A DNA stretch of 33,479 nt, taken from assembly GCA_029262095.1 (NCBI GenBank), contig JAJDAB010000249.1:1-33479 (forward strand). Reading direction: 5' to 3'. Source of the stretch: Candidatus Hydrogenedentota bacterium. GTDB lineage: Bacteria > Hydrogenedentota > Hydrogenedentia > Hydrogenedentales > SLHB01. Under the pieces are notes generated by a model. The model saw nothing but the letters and a program-made list of their open reading frames with translations, was not told the DNA's origin and made no database searches. The translations under genes were made by a program, and so were the position numbers. The stretch's first letter is position 1. Every line of letters begins with the position of its first letter. Positions 1-9,118 of this stretch are shown piece by piece.

Positions 1-543
1 CTGCGGGATAGTCCTAGAGGCGACCGCATTTGGGAAGGGTCTATTCGATTTGAAAACGCGGCAATTGAGTCTGTGAACGTTCCCGGACTCAGTAATCCCT
101 ACGTCGAATTCGCGAAAATAAGCGAAGATGACGGTCAGGTAATTCTCTTTCACAATGAGACACGCGGTCGAGGTAACACGATATTGGTCGAGCTATCGGG
201 CGCGTCGTCCGCGTCGAACGTGATCGTAGACTTGAATCCGGCGGTCGAGCACGGCATCACATACCCCATCGTCTATCGACCCTCCGTATTTCCGAAACGC
301 AGCTTGAGCACGGCCCTCCCCTCGAGTCCGAATCCTGTATCAATACCGTTGCAGGAAGGCCGGTTCACGGACGGAATTTCGTTCGAAATTGTAGACGCGG
401 AGGGTTCGATGGATCGAGTGTTCGAATACACGGAAACGGACGCGTCCACCCATGACGACTACTACTACGTTCGCGTCACGCAACTCGATGGTACACGCGC
501 CTGGTCAAGCCCCTGGTGGGTCGGTGGCATATCACCTCGCTAG
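1..543 (+). CDS. C-terminal part of a hypothetical (metallohydrolase-like?) protein, 5' end outside window
   Basis: Frame 1 is open from base 1 (LRDSPRGDRIWEGSIRFENAAIES...) and runs into ORF 73..543, so the listed Met is probably internal. The tail ...DDYYYVRVTQLDGTRAWSSPWWVGG resembles the conserved C-terminus I associate with DUF3604 / CehA-McbA-type metallohydrolases. Family assignment is from memory only. Confidence 0.55.
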   Translation: MRDSPRGDRIWEGSIRFENAAIESVNVPGLSNPYVEFAKISEDDGQVILFHNETRGRGNTILVELSGASSASNVIVDLNPAVEHGITYPIVYRPSVFPKRSLSTALPSSPNPVSIPLQEGRFTDGISFEIVDAEGSMDRVFEYTETDASTHDDYYYVRVTQLDGTRAWSSPWWVGGISPR

Positions 544-571
544 GCCGAAGGTTGATGCACCACAACGCTCT

Positions 572-1156
572 ATGAAAGTTTTCAAACCAATCGCAGCGAT
601 AATCTTCTCCTCAATCGGGTACGCCGTTGTGAGGTATCACCTGTTTGGCGATGTACCCTTCCGGCTATTCCCGCTCTATGTCGCGAACAAAGGCACGGCG
701 ATGGCAAGCCTTATCCTCCTCGGACTTTCACTCATTGCCCGTACACGGGAGAATCGAAAGAAGTATGGCAAAGCGGGATTCTTCTTGATGATAATGCACG
801 GTGTGATGTCCATGGCGATCCTCTCACCGGCATACTTCAAGAAGTATTTCCGCGACGACGGCACATACTTCGCAAATATCGAGGCTGGGCTCGCGTTCGG
901 AATCGCTGGAGCAATCATCGCCACGTACTTGTTCGTTGCATTGCCGAACGGAAACGGGTCGCCAAGCTTACGACTCGGCGTGGGTAGGCTCATCCTCGTG
1001 GTCACGGGGGTACACGCCGCACTGCTCGGCTACCCAACGTGGCAAGCGTACTCATCGTGGCCGGGGTACCTTCCGCCAATCACCTTGCTCGCGACGGGTA
1101 CTGCGATCACCATGCTCGCGATTCGCGCAATTGGCGGACGCGACGAGAAATACTAA
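572..1156 (+). CDS. polytopic membrane protein of unknown function (about six hydrophobic helices)
   Basis: In-frame ATG at 572 (MKVFKPIAAIIFSSIGYAVV...) is preferred to the ORF-track start 452, which would overlap the upstream gene by 92 nt. Six hydrophobic stretches are separated by short K/R-rich loops. His residues inside helices (MIMHGV, TGVHAAL) hint at a haem-binding YedZ/ferric-reductase-like fold, but that is speculative. Confidence 0.6.
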   Translation: MKVFKPIAAIIFSSIGYAVVRYHLFGDVPFRLFPLYVANKGTAMASLILLGLSLIARTRENRKKYGKAGFFLMIMHGVMSMAILSPAYFKKYFRDDGTYFANIEAGLAFGIAGAIIATYLFVALPNGNGSPSLRLGVGRLILVVTGVHAALLGYPTWQAYSSWPGYLPPITLLATGTAITMLAIRAIGGRDEKY

Positions 1157-1258
1157 TCGTGACCGAAGCGGGATGCCCCGTGAGATCAGGGCGAATCTGT
1201 TCATCAATCTTGTGCTGTTGAGCATTCTTGTACTGCCGAATGAACTGGCGCGGTCGAT

Positions 1259-1287
1259 TCGTCAGATAGCTGCTCGCGCCCTATAAT
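1259..1287 (+). promoter_or_regulatory. candidate sigma70-type promoter for the Tat-oxidoreductase gene
   Basis: Perfect TATAAT at 1282..1287, 44 nt upstream of the ATG at 1331. The -35 region (TTCGTC/TCGTCA around 1258..1264) is poor. Confidence 0.25.
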
Positions 1288-1330
1288 GGCAAGATCGGTA
1301 GAAAACGAACGGACACAAAGGGAAACCGGT

Positions 1331-2638
1331 ATGACAAGCAAACTATCAAGACGCGATTTTGTGAAGTCCGGCGCAGCCGCTGCTGCAATTGCGGCGACCG
1401 CCCGGGCTCAGGCATCCGATTCCGCAAATGAACGGGTGCGGATAGGCGTCATCGGCACGGGGAATCGCGGCGGCCAGTTAGTAGACGCGACGTTGCCGCA
1501 TGCGGATGCGGAAATCGTGGCGCTATGCGATGTGTTCGAGCCGCACCTCGATAAGGAAGTGGAAAAGATCGGTGGTACGCTCGACCGGTACACCGACTAC
1601 CGTAAAATGTTGGATCGCGATGACATCGATGCGGTACTCGTCGCTTCTCCCGATCATTGGCACGCGTTGCAGACCATTGATGCGTGTAATGCGGGCAAGG
1701 ATGTTTATGTCGAAAAGCCGATGTCATTTACGATTCATGAAGGCCGGCGAATGGTTGAGGCGGCGCGCCGGAACAAACGGGTCGTACAAGTCGGTACGCA
1801 TCGGCGATCGTCGAAAATGTATGCGCATCTCGCAGAATTGATTCAGAGCGACGGCCTCGGGGAAGTGACCGCCTTGCGCGCATACCGCCTGAGCAATATG
1901 GCGCCGGATGGCATCGGGTTTGTTGAGGATAGTGCAGCGCCCAACAATTTGGATTGGGACATGTGGCTGGGGCCGCGGCCAAAGCGTCCGTACAACGCGA
2001 ACATCGCGCCGTACCGGTTTCGTTGGTGGAAGGACTATTCGTCGCAGATGACGAACTGGGGTGTTCACTATTTCGACTTGCTGCGCTGGCTCGCGGGCGA
2101 GGAGGCGATTGCGTCGTGTTCCGTTCATGGCGGACAGTTCGCGGTCAAAGATCAACGCAGCATCCCCGACACGATGGAAGGGACATTCGAATTCGCGAGC
2201 GGGCGACTCCTGCTGTTCGGCCAATACGAGGCGAGCGGCGCACCGATGTTCCCCGGCGGTGCGGAAATCGAAATACGCGGCACGAATGGAACGCTCTATG
2301 CCGGGAGCCGCGGCTATACCATTCGTCCGGAACGCGGCGGCCAGTTCCAAGATCCCGAACCGCGCTTGGAGGAAGTTCAGGAGAAATCGCAAGACGCTAA
2401 CTCGAACCTCACCCAGGAACATGTCCGTGATTTCCTCGATTGCATCAAATCGCGTGAGAAACCGAAGGCGGACGTTGAAATCGGCCATCGGTCGACGACC
2501 ATCGCATTACTCGGCAACATCGCGCTAGACACTAAGGCTCGCATCAATTGGGACGCGGACGCGGAACGCATCACATCACCCCAGTCGGCGAATGATCTTC
2601 TGCATTATGAGTATCGCGCGCCATGGAAACTTGGTTAA
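1331..2638 (+). CDS. Tat-exported Gfo/Idh/MocA family oxidoreductase
   Basis: Start moved to the ATG at 1331. This gives a twin-arginine signal (MTSKLSRRDFVKSGAAAAAIAATARAQA) followed by the Rossmann motif RIGVIGTGNRGG and the EKP motif (VYVEKPMS) typical of the family. Confidence 0.9.
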   Translation: MTSKLSRRDFVKSGAAAAAIAATARAQASDSANERVRIGVIGTGNRGGQLVDATLPHADAEIVALCDVFEPHLDKEVEKIGGTLDRYTDYRKMLDRDDIDAVLVASPDHWHALQTIDACNAGKDVYVEKPMSFTIHEGRRMVEAARRNKRVVQVGTHRRSSKMYAHLAELIQSDGLGEVTALRAYRLSNMAPDGIGFVEDSAAPNNLDWDMWLGPRPKRPYNANIAPYRFRWWKDYSSQMTNWGVHYFDLLRWLAGEEAIASCSVHGGQFAVKDQRSIPDTMEGTFEFASGRLLLFGQYEASGAPMFPGGAEIEIRGTNGTLYAGSRGYTIRPERGGQFQDPEPRLEEVQEKSQDANSNLTQEHVRDFLDCIKSREKPKADVEIGHRSTTIALLGNIALDTKARINWDADAERITSPQSANDLLHYEYRAPWKLG

Positions 2639-2642
2639 CGTT

Positions 2643-2714
2643 GTTTGTAGTTCCGACTCAGAGGCGGCACGTGTTAGGTAAGAGTTCTGCCGCCTCAGAG
2701 TCGGAACTACAAAC
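2643..2714. repeat. REP-like palindromic element, copy 1; probable terminator hairpin
   Basis: Arms 2643..2669 and 2688..2714 are reverse complements (27 bp, 1 mismatch) around an 18-nt loop. The arm core GTAGTTCCGACTCAGAGGCGGC recurs at 9119..9180. Sits 5 nt after the stop codon at 2636..2638. Confidence 0.8.
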
Positions 2715-2752
2715 CTTTCAAATACGATAATATTTTGTCGATAGGAGTCGTT

Positions 2753-3667
2753 ATGAATCGCACGTTACAGTTCTCGGTCTTCGTCACCGCGTCGCTCTTT
2801 GCTCACGGAATCAGTTATGCCGGTATTGAAACGCTAATCGTGCCGTACGCAGCAGTCGAAGACGTGGTCTATGGCCAGAAAGATGGCATGGGCCTCACGC
2901 TGGACGTGTTGACGCCCGAGCAGGGTGCGAAGGACATCGGCATCATCTTAGTGTCCAGCGGGAGTTGGAAGTCCGGCAAGTCCAACGTCCAGGCAGATGT
3001 GGATAAACGTCGACGCGACCATTGGGGCATGGGATTACTACATGGCGGGTACACGGTATTCGTCGTTCGGCATGGTAGCGGACCGCGATTTCGTGTACCG
3101 GAGATGATCGAAGACATTCGCCGTTCCGTGCGTTTCGTCCGGCTGCATGCCGCGGACTACGGAATCGACCCCGACAACATCGGCATCACGAGCGGTTCGT
3201 CAGGCGGGCATCTCGCATTGATGGTCGGAATGGCCGGCGACGACGGCAACGCCGAGGCCAAGGATCCGGTCGAACGGGTCAGCAGCCGAATACAGGCTAT
3301 CGTTTCGTGGTTTCCGCCCACCGACCTCATCAATTGGGGTGGAGCGGATGGCTATAAGTTGATCGAAAAAGTGCGCCCCGGCATGTTTGAAGAAATCTTC
3401 GGGACGGTCACAAACCTGACCGAACAGCTCGAATCGATCTCCCCGATTTATTTTCTTACGCCTGATGACCCTCCCCTACTACTCATCCACGGCGACAAGG
3501 ATAAGACGGTGCCGGTTCAGCAGTCTGAGATATTGAAGACAGAATATGAGAAAGCTGAATTGCCGGTTAAGCTCATCGTTCAACCCGGTGGCGGACACAC
3601 GTATTGGGACGGTATCGAAAAGCAGTACGTTGATGTCGCGGAGTGGTTTGATACGTACTTGGACTGA
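2753..3667 (+). CDS. secreted alpha/beta hydrolase (esterase / prolyl-oligopeptidase-type serine hydrolase)
   Basis: ATG at 2753 preceded by AGGAG (2743..2747). N-terminal signal peptide MNRTLQFSVFVTASLFAHGISYA. Nucleophile elbow GSSGGH, acid HGDKDKTVP and His GGGHTYW form a catalytic triad pattern. Confidence 0.85.
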   Translation: MNRTLQFSVFVTASLFAHGISYAGIETLIVPYAAVEDVVYGQKDGMGLTLDVLTPEQGAKDIGIILVSSGSWKSGKSNVQADVDKRRRDHWGMGLLHGGYTVFVVRHGSGPRFRVPEMIEDIRRSVRFVRLHAADYGIDPDNIGITSGSSGGHLALMVGMAGDDGNAEAKDPVERVSSRIQAIVSWFPPTDLINWGGADGYKLIEKVRPGMFEEIFGTVTNLTEQLESISPIYFLTPDDPPLLLIHGDKDKTVPVQQSEILKTEYEKAELPVKLIVQPGGGHTYWDGIEKQYVDVAEWFDTYLD

Positions 3668-3671
3668 CCGA

Positions 3672-6029
3672 TTACGGGGTGAACGAAACGATTGAGTCTC
3701 GTGTCTCCTCGGACAGTTGTTCTCGATCGCTCGTTGAATGGATCGGCACGTAGTCACCTTGTGCCCAGCGCCCCATGAAGTCGTCGTAGTGGACATTGTC
3801 CGCATGGCCGCTTTGGCCACCGGGATAGATGCCGACACTCTTCTCCGTCGCGGCGAAGTCGACGATCATGCGCCAGCTCGCGCCGCTGCTTACGGGGCCT
3901 ACATCGCCGCCCGGATTTATGGTGAACATCGTGCCCGGCACCGGTTCGCCGACGCGACGCAGATCCGGGTCTTGGAGCAGCGATTCGATGCGAAGCAGAT
4001 TCGTGTTTCCCCATTTCCATCCGGCAACGTCTTTTCCAAATTGTCGTTCGAGCGTGCCCATCGCAGTGATGAAGGAGCTTAACGCGATGTCGTGGCGCGT
4101 TTCTTTCCACGATGTACTCGGCGAATCGAACCACGGCGATTCGGGATCTTCGCGTGTCATCTTCTCTAGTACTTCCAACACGGGCTCACGGCGGTTGATA
4201 CCGGAAAATCCCCATGAGCCGGATCGTTTTTCCATGCTGCGCGTGGACCACTGCGCATCCCACACGAGTTTCCGGTAATGGTCCAACCAACGCAACCAAA
4301 TCGCGGGTGCATTCGAGTCAATCGTCGCCCGGTAGTCCCAATTCTCGAGTGCTTTGATTGCACGCCGGTACGGATATTCCGCGAAGTCCTGGCCCTTTAG
4401 CTCCGAGAGCATCGTCGGCAGAAACCGTTCCGCCGCGAGGTCGTAAACCCCCGATTGCATACCCCGCATGTCACCAGTCGTGACGTCTTTCGCCGTTTTC
4501 AACATCGACGCGATTCGTCGATGCCGATAACCCACATCCCATATCCACCCAAGATAGTAAGGGTACTCCGCATCCGCAGGACGTGCGTTTGCGGATGCGA
4601 CGAAGCCTTCGGGCGGATTCAGTGCGAGCGGCATCTCATCGGCTGGAATCATTTCCGTCCAATCGTGCTTACCACTCGCGCCGGGCATCGGGGTCCGACC
4701 AGCGCCCTTCGCACGCTTCGGAAACGCGCCTGCGGAATAGAGCGCAATCGTGCCATCGACGTCGGCATAGGCCAAATTGATCCCCGGGACCGTCATCTGT
4801 TGTGCAGCGCGGTACCAAGAATCGAAATTTCGCGCGCGATTCATTTTCCAGATCGCGATCGACTCCGTCGTTTGTCCGAGCCCGGTCCATTGCAACGTGA
4901 TCGTGCGCTCGTCGTTCGTGATCACTGGGCCGTGAATCGTAGACTCGAACACCACTGTACGTTGGCCTTCGCCACGGACAGCGATTTGTTCGGTCCGGAT
5001 ATCAAAGGACTTCCATTCTCCTTTGTGAAGGTATTTATCGCGCGAAAATGGATGTCGTGACTCGACGAAATAGTCGACGGCGTCCGCTTGCAGATTGGTA
5101 ATGCCCCAGCCCAAACGATCGTTATGGCCGATGACGATATGTGGGCTGGTCGGGAAGGTAACGCCTGCGATGTTCTCGCCGTCAACGTTCACGTGTGCGA
5201 TATACCAGATTGATGGCAACGTAAATCCCAGGTGCGGATCACTGGAGAGGATGGGTTTTCCCGACCGCGTTTTCGTGCCTGAGATCGCCCAATTGTTACT
5301 TCCGAATGCAGGGCCGCGCGGAGAGAGCGCTCCTTGCATCGCGTCCATCGCCGCCGCATAGGCGCCCTCGGCATTCGGTACGTTTATCCGTTCAGTGGTT
5401 TGGGCCGTTGATATTTGTGCTGATTCATACGGCCGGTCGATCGGCCAAAGCTCGTCTACAACGTCCGCGCCGAATTTCTCGACCATGATCCCCAGCCAAA
5501 GGTCATCGTCCGTGCCGGACTGGTCCCAGCCCATGTACTTCATGAACACCAGCGAGTCGACCGGGGTCCACGGCTCGGGCGTGTATTCGAGCATAGTGAA
5601 CGGTTTCCCAAATCCCTCTGCCGCCATGAAACGCATGCGTGCGTTGACGCCTTCGGCGTACGCTTCGAGTTCCTGGACTAACGCTTTGGGTACGTCACCC
5701 GAGTTCCACAAGGCTTCACAAGTGCTGCGGATTCCCAGGCGGCGCATATGAATATCGTGATCGAGTGACGACCCCCCCATTATTTCGGCGAGCGTGCCGG
5801 AAGCGCGGCGCCGCAACAGGTCCATCTGCCACAATCGATCGGAGGCGTGAACGTATCCCAACACACGCGCGGCGTCGGGCCAGGATGTCGCATAGATATG
5901 CGGGATGCCGTGTTCGTCCGTGAATAACTCGACGGAATCGCCGAGTCCAACCAAGCGGATTTCGGTGGCTTGGCCGCAAAAACTCAAGACTAATGCAGCG
6001 CAGGTCGCGCAAACTCTTCGTGAATTCAT
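3672..6029 (-). CDS. penicillin acylase family Ntn hydrolase (possible acyl-homoserine-lactone acylase)
   Basis: About 785 aa with a signal peptide (MNSRRVCATCAALVLSFCGQA). Contains the autoprocessing / N-terminal nucleophile motif GPAFG-SNNWAISG characteristic of penicillin/AHL acylases. The ATG at 6029 is preferred to the TTG at 6041. Confidence 0.88.
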   Translation of the reverse strand: MNSRRVCATCAALVLSFCGQATEIRLVGLGDSVELFTDEHGIPHIYATSWPDAARVLGYVHASDRLWQMDLLRRRASGTLAEIMGGSSLDHDIHMRRLGIRSTCEALWNSGDVPKALVQELEAYAEGVNARMRFMAAEGFGKPFTMLEYTPEPWTPVDSLVFMKYMGWDQSGTDDDLWLGIMVEKFGADVVDELWPIDRPYESAQISTAQTTERINVPNAEGAYAAAMDAMQGALSPRGPAFGSNNWAISGTKTRSGKPILSSDPHLGFTLPSIWYIAHVNVDGENIAGVTFPTSPHIVIGHNDRLGWGITNLQADAVDYFVESRHPFSRDKYLHKGEWKSFDIRTEQIAVRGEGQRTVVFESTIHGPVITNDERTITLQWTGLGQTTESIAIWKMNRARNFDSWYRAAQQMTVPGINLAYADVDGTIALYSAGAFPKRAKGAGRTPMPGASGKHDWTEMIPADEMPLALNPPEGFVASANARPADAEYPYYLGWIWDVGYRHRRIASMLKTAKDVTTGDMRGMQSGVYDLAAERFLPTMLSELKGQDFAEYPYRRAIKALENWDYRATIDSNAPAIWLRWLDHYRKLVWDAQWSTRSMEKRSGSWGFSGINRREPVLEVLEKMTREDPESPWFDSPSTSWKETRHDIALSSFITAMGTLERQFGKDVAGWKWGNTNLLRIESLLQDPDLRRVGEPVPGTMFTINPGGDVGPVSSGASWRMIVDFAATEKSVGIYPGGQSGHADNVHYDDFMGRWAQGDYVPIHSTSDREQLSEETRDSIVSFTP

Positions 6030-6444
6030 AGATTTCCCCAACTGACGCTTACTTACTATAGTTCGGGGGGTGCTATCGTCGTTCTTGAGATTCGTTAATC
6101 TGTTCGTTGCTAAGTGTAACCGGTTGGCTGCTTTGGCAACGACTTACGCCTGGTGTCGTCGCGTGACTTTCCCCTGTAACTTCTATCCGTTGAACTATCG
6201 GGTTGTAAGAGGTGGACCCCATTGGTTGGACACGTTACGTGATTTGTTAAGTGGATCGTCCATGGGGTTAAGCCGAGGCCTGTGCTTCGGCGGTTGGACT
6301 TTCATAGTAGACGGTGTTCGGGGCTTGTTTTTCAAGGGCTTGGTGTTTTCTCCTGTGACAAAGCTGTTGGTTTGCTCTTTTTGGTTTCTCCCATAGGTGC
6401 ATTCAGCAGCATTAGTCCGCTGCATCGCCTTGTTGGCGCTCTTT

Positions 6445-7164
6445 TTAAGATGCACGCTCAATCCGCGTATATGCGAATTCGAGAAGTGCTCCGACCTCCG
6501 CAAGCATGAACTGCCTATCTTGTGCTGTGGCTTGGCCGGCATACGATATCCTTGCCAGTTCGATTAGATGTTTCCACTCCGGTAAAGCATCGCAAGCCCA
6601 GTCCGATGCTCGGGCTTTGGAGACGACAACATCCTTGGTCTCGAAACTGTAAATCAGACGGCAAAGGTTGAGAATACAGTAGTCAGGGTATTCGTGCAGA
6701 TGCTTCTCAACATAGTCCAGCTCTCCATACAAGGCACTCTCGATCTCAGGCCAAGACGCACGCGGATAAATCTCCCTGGGTTCTGGCCCGTGAAGAACGA
6801 TACGCCGCCCGGCACGAATGTGTTCGCGGTGTAGAGCCCAGGAATCATCGGTGGCCCGTCTCCACATCTGGCTCCTGGGCGGTGCCTCGCGTCGAGCGTC
6901 GGCGAGAAGGATATAGTAGCCATCCATCTCACCGCCGAGAGGTGGATACTGCTCAGCCAGAGACTCGTGAAACATCTCCAGCTCCGAACGTTCAGAATCG
7001 GTGAGTCCGCTCTTTAGAATGACGTGGTAGTCAATATCTCCTGTGGGAACTGCGTCGGGGAAGGCTGCTGCACCGTAGATATAAGCACCGTGAAGTTTTT
7101 CCCCGAGAATGCGCTTGAGGCCATTCGCGAACACTTGTTCGAGTTGTTTTGGTGTGATGTCCAT
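6445..7164 (-). CDS. nucleotidyltransferase with DUF4111-type C-terminal domain (AadA / ANT(3'')-like aminoglycoside adenylyltransferase family)
   Basis: N-terminal pol-beta-type NT motif YGAAAFPDAVPTGDIDYHV. The C-terminal helical half (...YCILNLCRLIYSFETKDVVSK...W...) looks like DUF4111 as in AadA. Substrate not inferable. Confidence 0.8.
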   Translation of the reverse strand: MDITPKQLEQVFANGLKRILGEKLHGAYIYGAAAFPDAVPTGDIDYHVILKSGLTDSERSELEMFHESLAEQYPPLGGEMDGYYILLADARREAPPRSQMWRRATDDSWALHREHIRAGRRIVLHGPEPREIYPRASWPEIESALYGELDYVEKHLHEYPDYCILNLCRLIYSFETKDVVVSKARASDWACDALPEWKHLIELARISYAGQATAQDRQFMLAEVGALLEFAYTRIERAS

Positions 7165-7400
7165 AGATTTGTTGCGAGGTGCCTTGTGGCTGTTGTGTGT
7201 CGGTATTTGTGTCGCGAGGGTTGCGCTGTAAGATGTTTGCTGGCGTTAGATGACGAGAATTGGGCAGTCGCAGAATGTTGTAGTGCAGCGGTTTGTGTAA
7301 TATGATTGTAGATTCCGTTGAGTGTGGTTTCGTACTTACTATACTAAATGGATGTCCGCGCGGTGCCGCGCAGGACTAATCCAATCGGGAGGGTTAGATT

Positions 7401-9092
7401 GTGTGTGAAAAGAGATTTGCTTATCGGTTCGTATTCGCGACTTCGGTCGCCGTGTGGGTTGTTGCGCTAAGTGTGTCTGCGCAACAGGATCGGGAGAACC
7501 CGGTGTTGGGCAAAGACCCACGGCTAACAGACGGCCAAATCGCGCCGATCCTTGAAGGACTCGGCGATCACAGCCACAAGATTACGGCCAAGTCCGATCG
7601 GGTGCAACTGTTCTTCGACCAGGGCCTGAATATGGCGTACGCGTTCAATCACCATGAAGCGGCGCGGTCTTTCAAGGAAGCGATTCGCCTGGACCCGGAT
7701 TGTGCGATGGCGTATTGGGGTTTGGCGCTCGTTACCGGACCCAACCTCAATCTGCCGATGCAGGAGAGCAATGTCCCCATTACATACGAAGCAATTCAGA
7801 AAGCCGTCTCGCTGAAGGGCAATGTTAGCGACCAGGAGCGCGATTATATCGATGCACTCGCGACACGCTATACGGATACGTACGCAGAAGACCGATTGGA
7901 ATTCGACCTCGCCTATGCGGCGGCGATGAACAACCTCATCGCCAAGTACCCGGACGATGCGGATGCGCTCACGCTCTATGCGGACGCCATGATGAATACC
8001 ATGCCGTGGGATTATTGGACCGCAGACGGCAAGCCACGCGCAGGGACACAAGGGATCGTCGACGCAATCGAACGCGTGATTGAGTTGGACCCGAAACATG
8101 CGGGTGCGCACCATTACTACATCCACATCGTGGAAGCGCATCACCCTGAATTGGCCATACGGAGCGCGGACGCACTCACAACCTTAATGCCGGGTGCGGG
8201 GCACATCGTGCACATGCCTTCACATATCTACGTTCGTGTGGGCCGGTATGCGGATGGGACGCAATCGAATATCGAGGCGGCGAAAGCGGACGAGGGATAT
8301 ATCACGCAATGCCGAGCGCAGGGGATGTATCCCGCGCATTACTATCCACATAACGTTCATTTCATTGTGCATTCCGCGACATTCGAGGGCGACAGCGAAA
8401 CCGCCATCTCCGCAGCGAAAAAAGTTGCGGCCAACGCGGTAGACAAAGGGTATACCGGTGAAGACTGGGCGTTGCACCAGACGTTTCAGGCCTTGCCATT
8501 GTATACGCTGAGCCGGTTCGGTAAGTGGGACGAGATTCTTGGTCTCGCGGAACCGAATAAAGACCTCACATTTTTGCGCGGCATTTGGCATTACGCACGC
8601 GGTATCGCCCTAGCGCGAACGGACAAGCCCAGTAAGGCATCGGATGAGTTGAAGAAATTGATAGACATTGCGGAAGACCCTGAATTGCCCGAGAGCTTGA
8701 TCGGGTTTTCAAATGCAGGCGTTGTATTAACGATTGCGACGCATGTTTTGGCGGGCGAAATCGCCGCATTGCAGAAAGACTACGATGCGGCCATCAGTCA
8801 TTTGTCGCGAGCTGTTCGGCTCGAAGACAGCATGCTGTACAACGAGCCGCCGGATTGGCCGTATCCAGTCCGCCACTCGCTCGGCGCCGTGCTGCTTGAA
8901 GCCGGGCAATACGTTGAAGCGGAGGTCGTGTATTGGGACGACCTACGCAAAAATCCAGAGAACGGTTACTCGCTCTACGGCGTGTGGCAGTGCATGAAGG
9001 CGACAGACAATCCGAAGACCGATGAAATTAAGGCGCGTTTTGATAAGGCATGGGCAGGTGCAGACGTTGAATTGACGGGATCGCGATTCTAG
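7401..9092 (+). CDS. secreted tetratricopeptide-repeat protein of unknown function
   Basis: GTG start at 7401 with GGGAGGG 7 nt upstream. Has a signal peptide (…VAVWVVALSVSAQQ) and TPR-like helical repeats throughout. Conserved-looking motifs are HHYYIHIVEA and HMPSHIYVRVGRY. Confidence 0.8.
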   Translation: MCEKRFAYRFVFATSVAVWVVALSVSAQQDRENPVLGKDPRLTDGQIAPILEGLGDHSHKITAKSDRVQLFFDQGLNMAYAFNHHEAARSFKEAIRLDPDCAMAYWGLALVTGPNLNLPMQESNVPITYEAIQKAVSLKGNVSDQERDYIDALATRYTDTYAEDRLEFDLAYAAAMNNLIAKYPDDADALTLYADAMMNTMPWDYWTADGKPRAGTQGIVDAIERVIELDPKHAGAHHYYIHIVEAHHPELAIRSADALTTLMPGAGHIVHMPSHIYVRVGRYADGTQSNIEAAKADEGYITQCRAQGMYPAHYYPHNVHFIVHSATFEGDSETAISAAKKVAANAVDKGYTGEDWALHQTFQALPLYTLSRFGKWDEILGLAEPNKDLTFLRGIWHYARGIALARTDKPSKASDELKKLIDIAEDPELPESLIGFSNAGVVLTIATHVLAGEIAALQKDYDAAISHLSRAVRLEDSMLYNEPPDWPYPVRHSLGAVLLEAGQYVEAEVVYWDDLRKNPENGYSLYGVWQCMKATDNPKTDEIKARFDKAWAGADVELTGSRF

Positions 9093-9118
9093 GACAAACA
9101 CCAGCATTACATGACGTT

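Noticed and set aside
452-571. N-terminal extension of the membrane-protein ORF, overlapping the upstream gene.
   Set aside because: The extension is hydrophilic and Ala/Pro/Thr-rich and overlaps the conserved C-terminus of the upstream gene. The ATG at 572 gives a clean start 29 nt after the upstream stop.
1724-2488. 254-aa minus-strand ORF inside the Tat-oxidoreductase gene, plus several shorter ORFs at 1408..2574.
   Set aside because: Entirely antisense to a gene with clear family motifs. The Arg/Ala/Pro-rich, low-complexity translation is typical of shadow ORFs in GC-rich DNA.
6380-6444. Possible integron attC site downstream of the AadA-like gene.
   Set aside because: I looked for RYYYAAC / GTTRRRY core sites flanking an imperfect palindrome on the gene's strand and could not find a convincing pair. 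No intI is in the window.
6070-6542. ORFs 6070..6396 (+) and 6195..6542 (-) in the G+T-skewed spacer.
   Set aside because: The translations are dominated by residues forced by the skew (V/G/W/F/C/L on one strand, P/K/N/Q/T on the other). There is no RBS, and the minus ORF overlaps the nucleotidyltransferase 3' end. The region is treated as non-coding.
7524-8144. 206-aa minus-strand ORF inside the TPR gene. Similar cases are 4455..5060, 32192..32806, 21725..22201 and 22953..23366.
   Set aside because: All are antisense shadows of well-supported genes and have no RBS or family signature.
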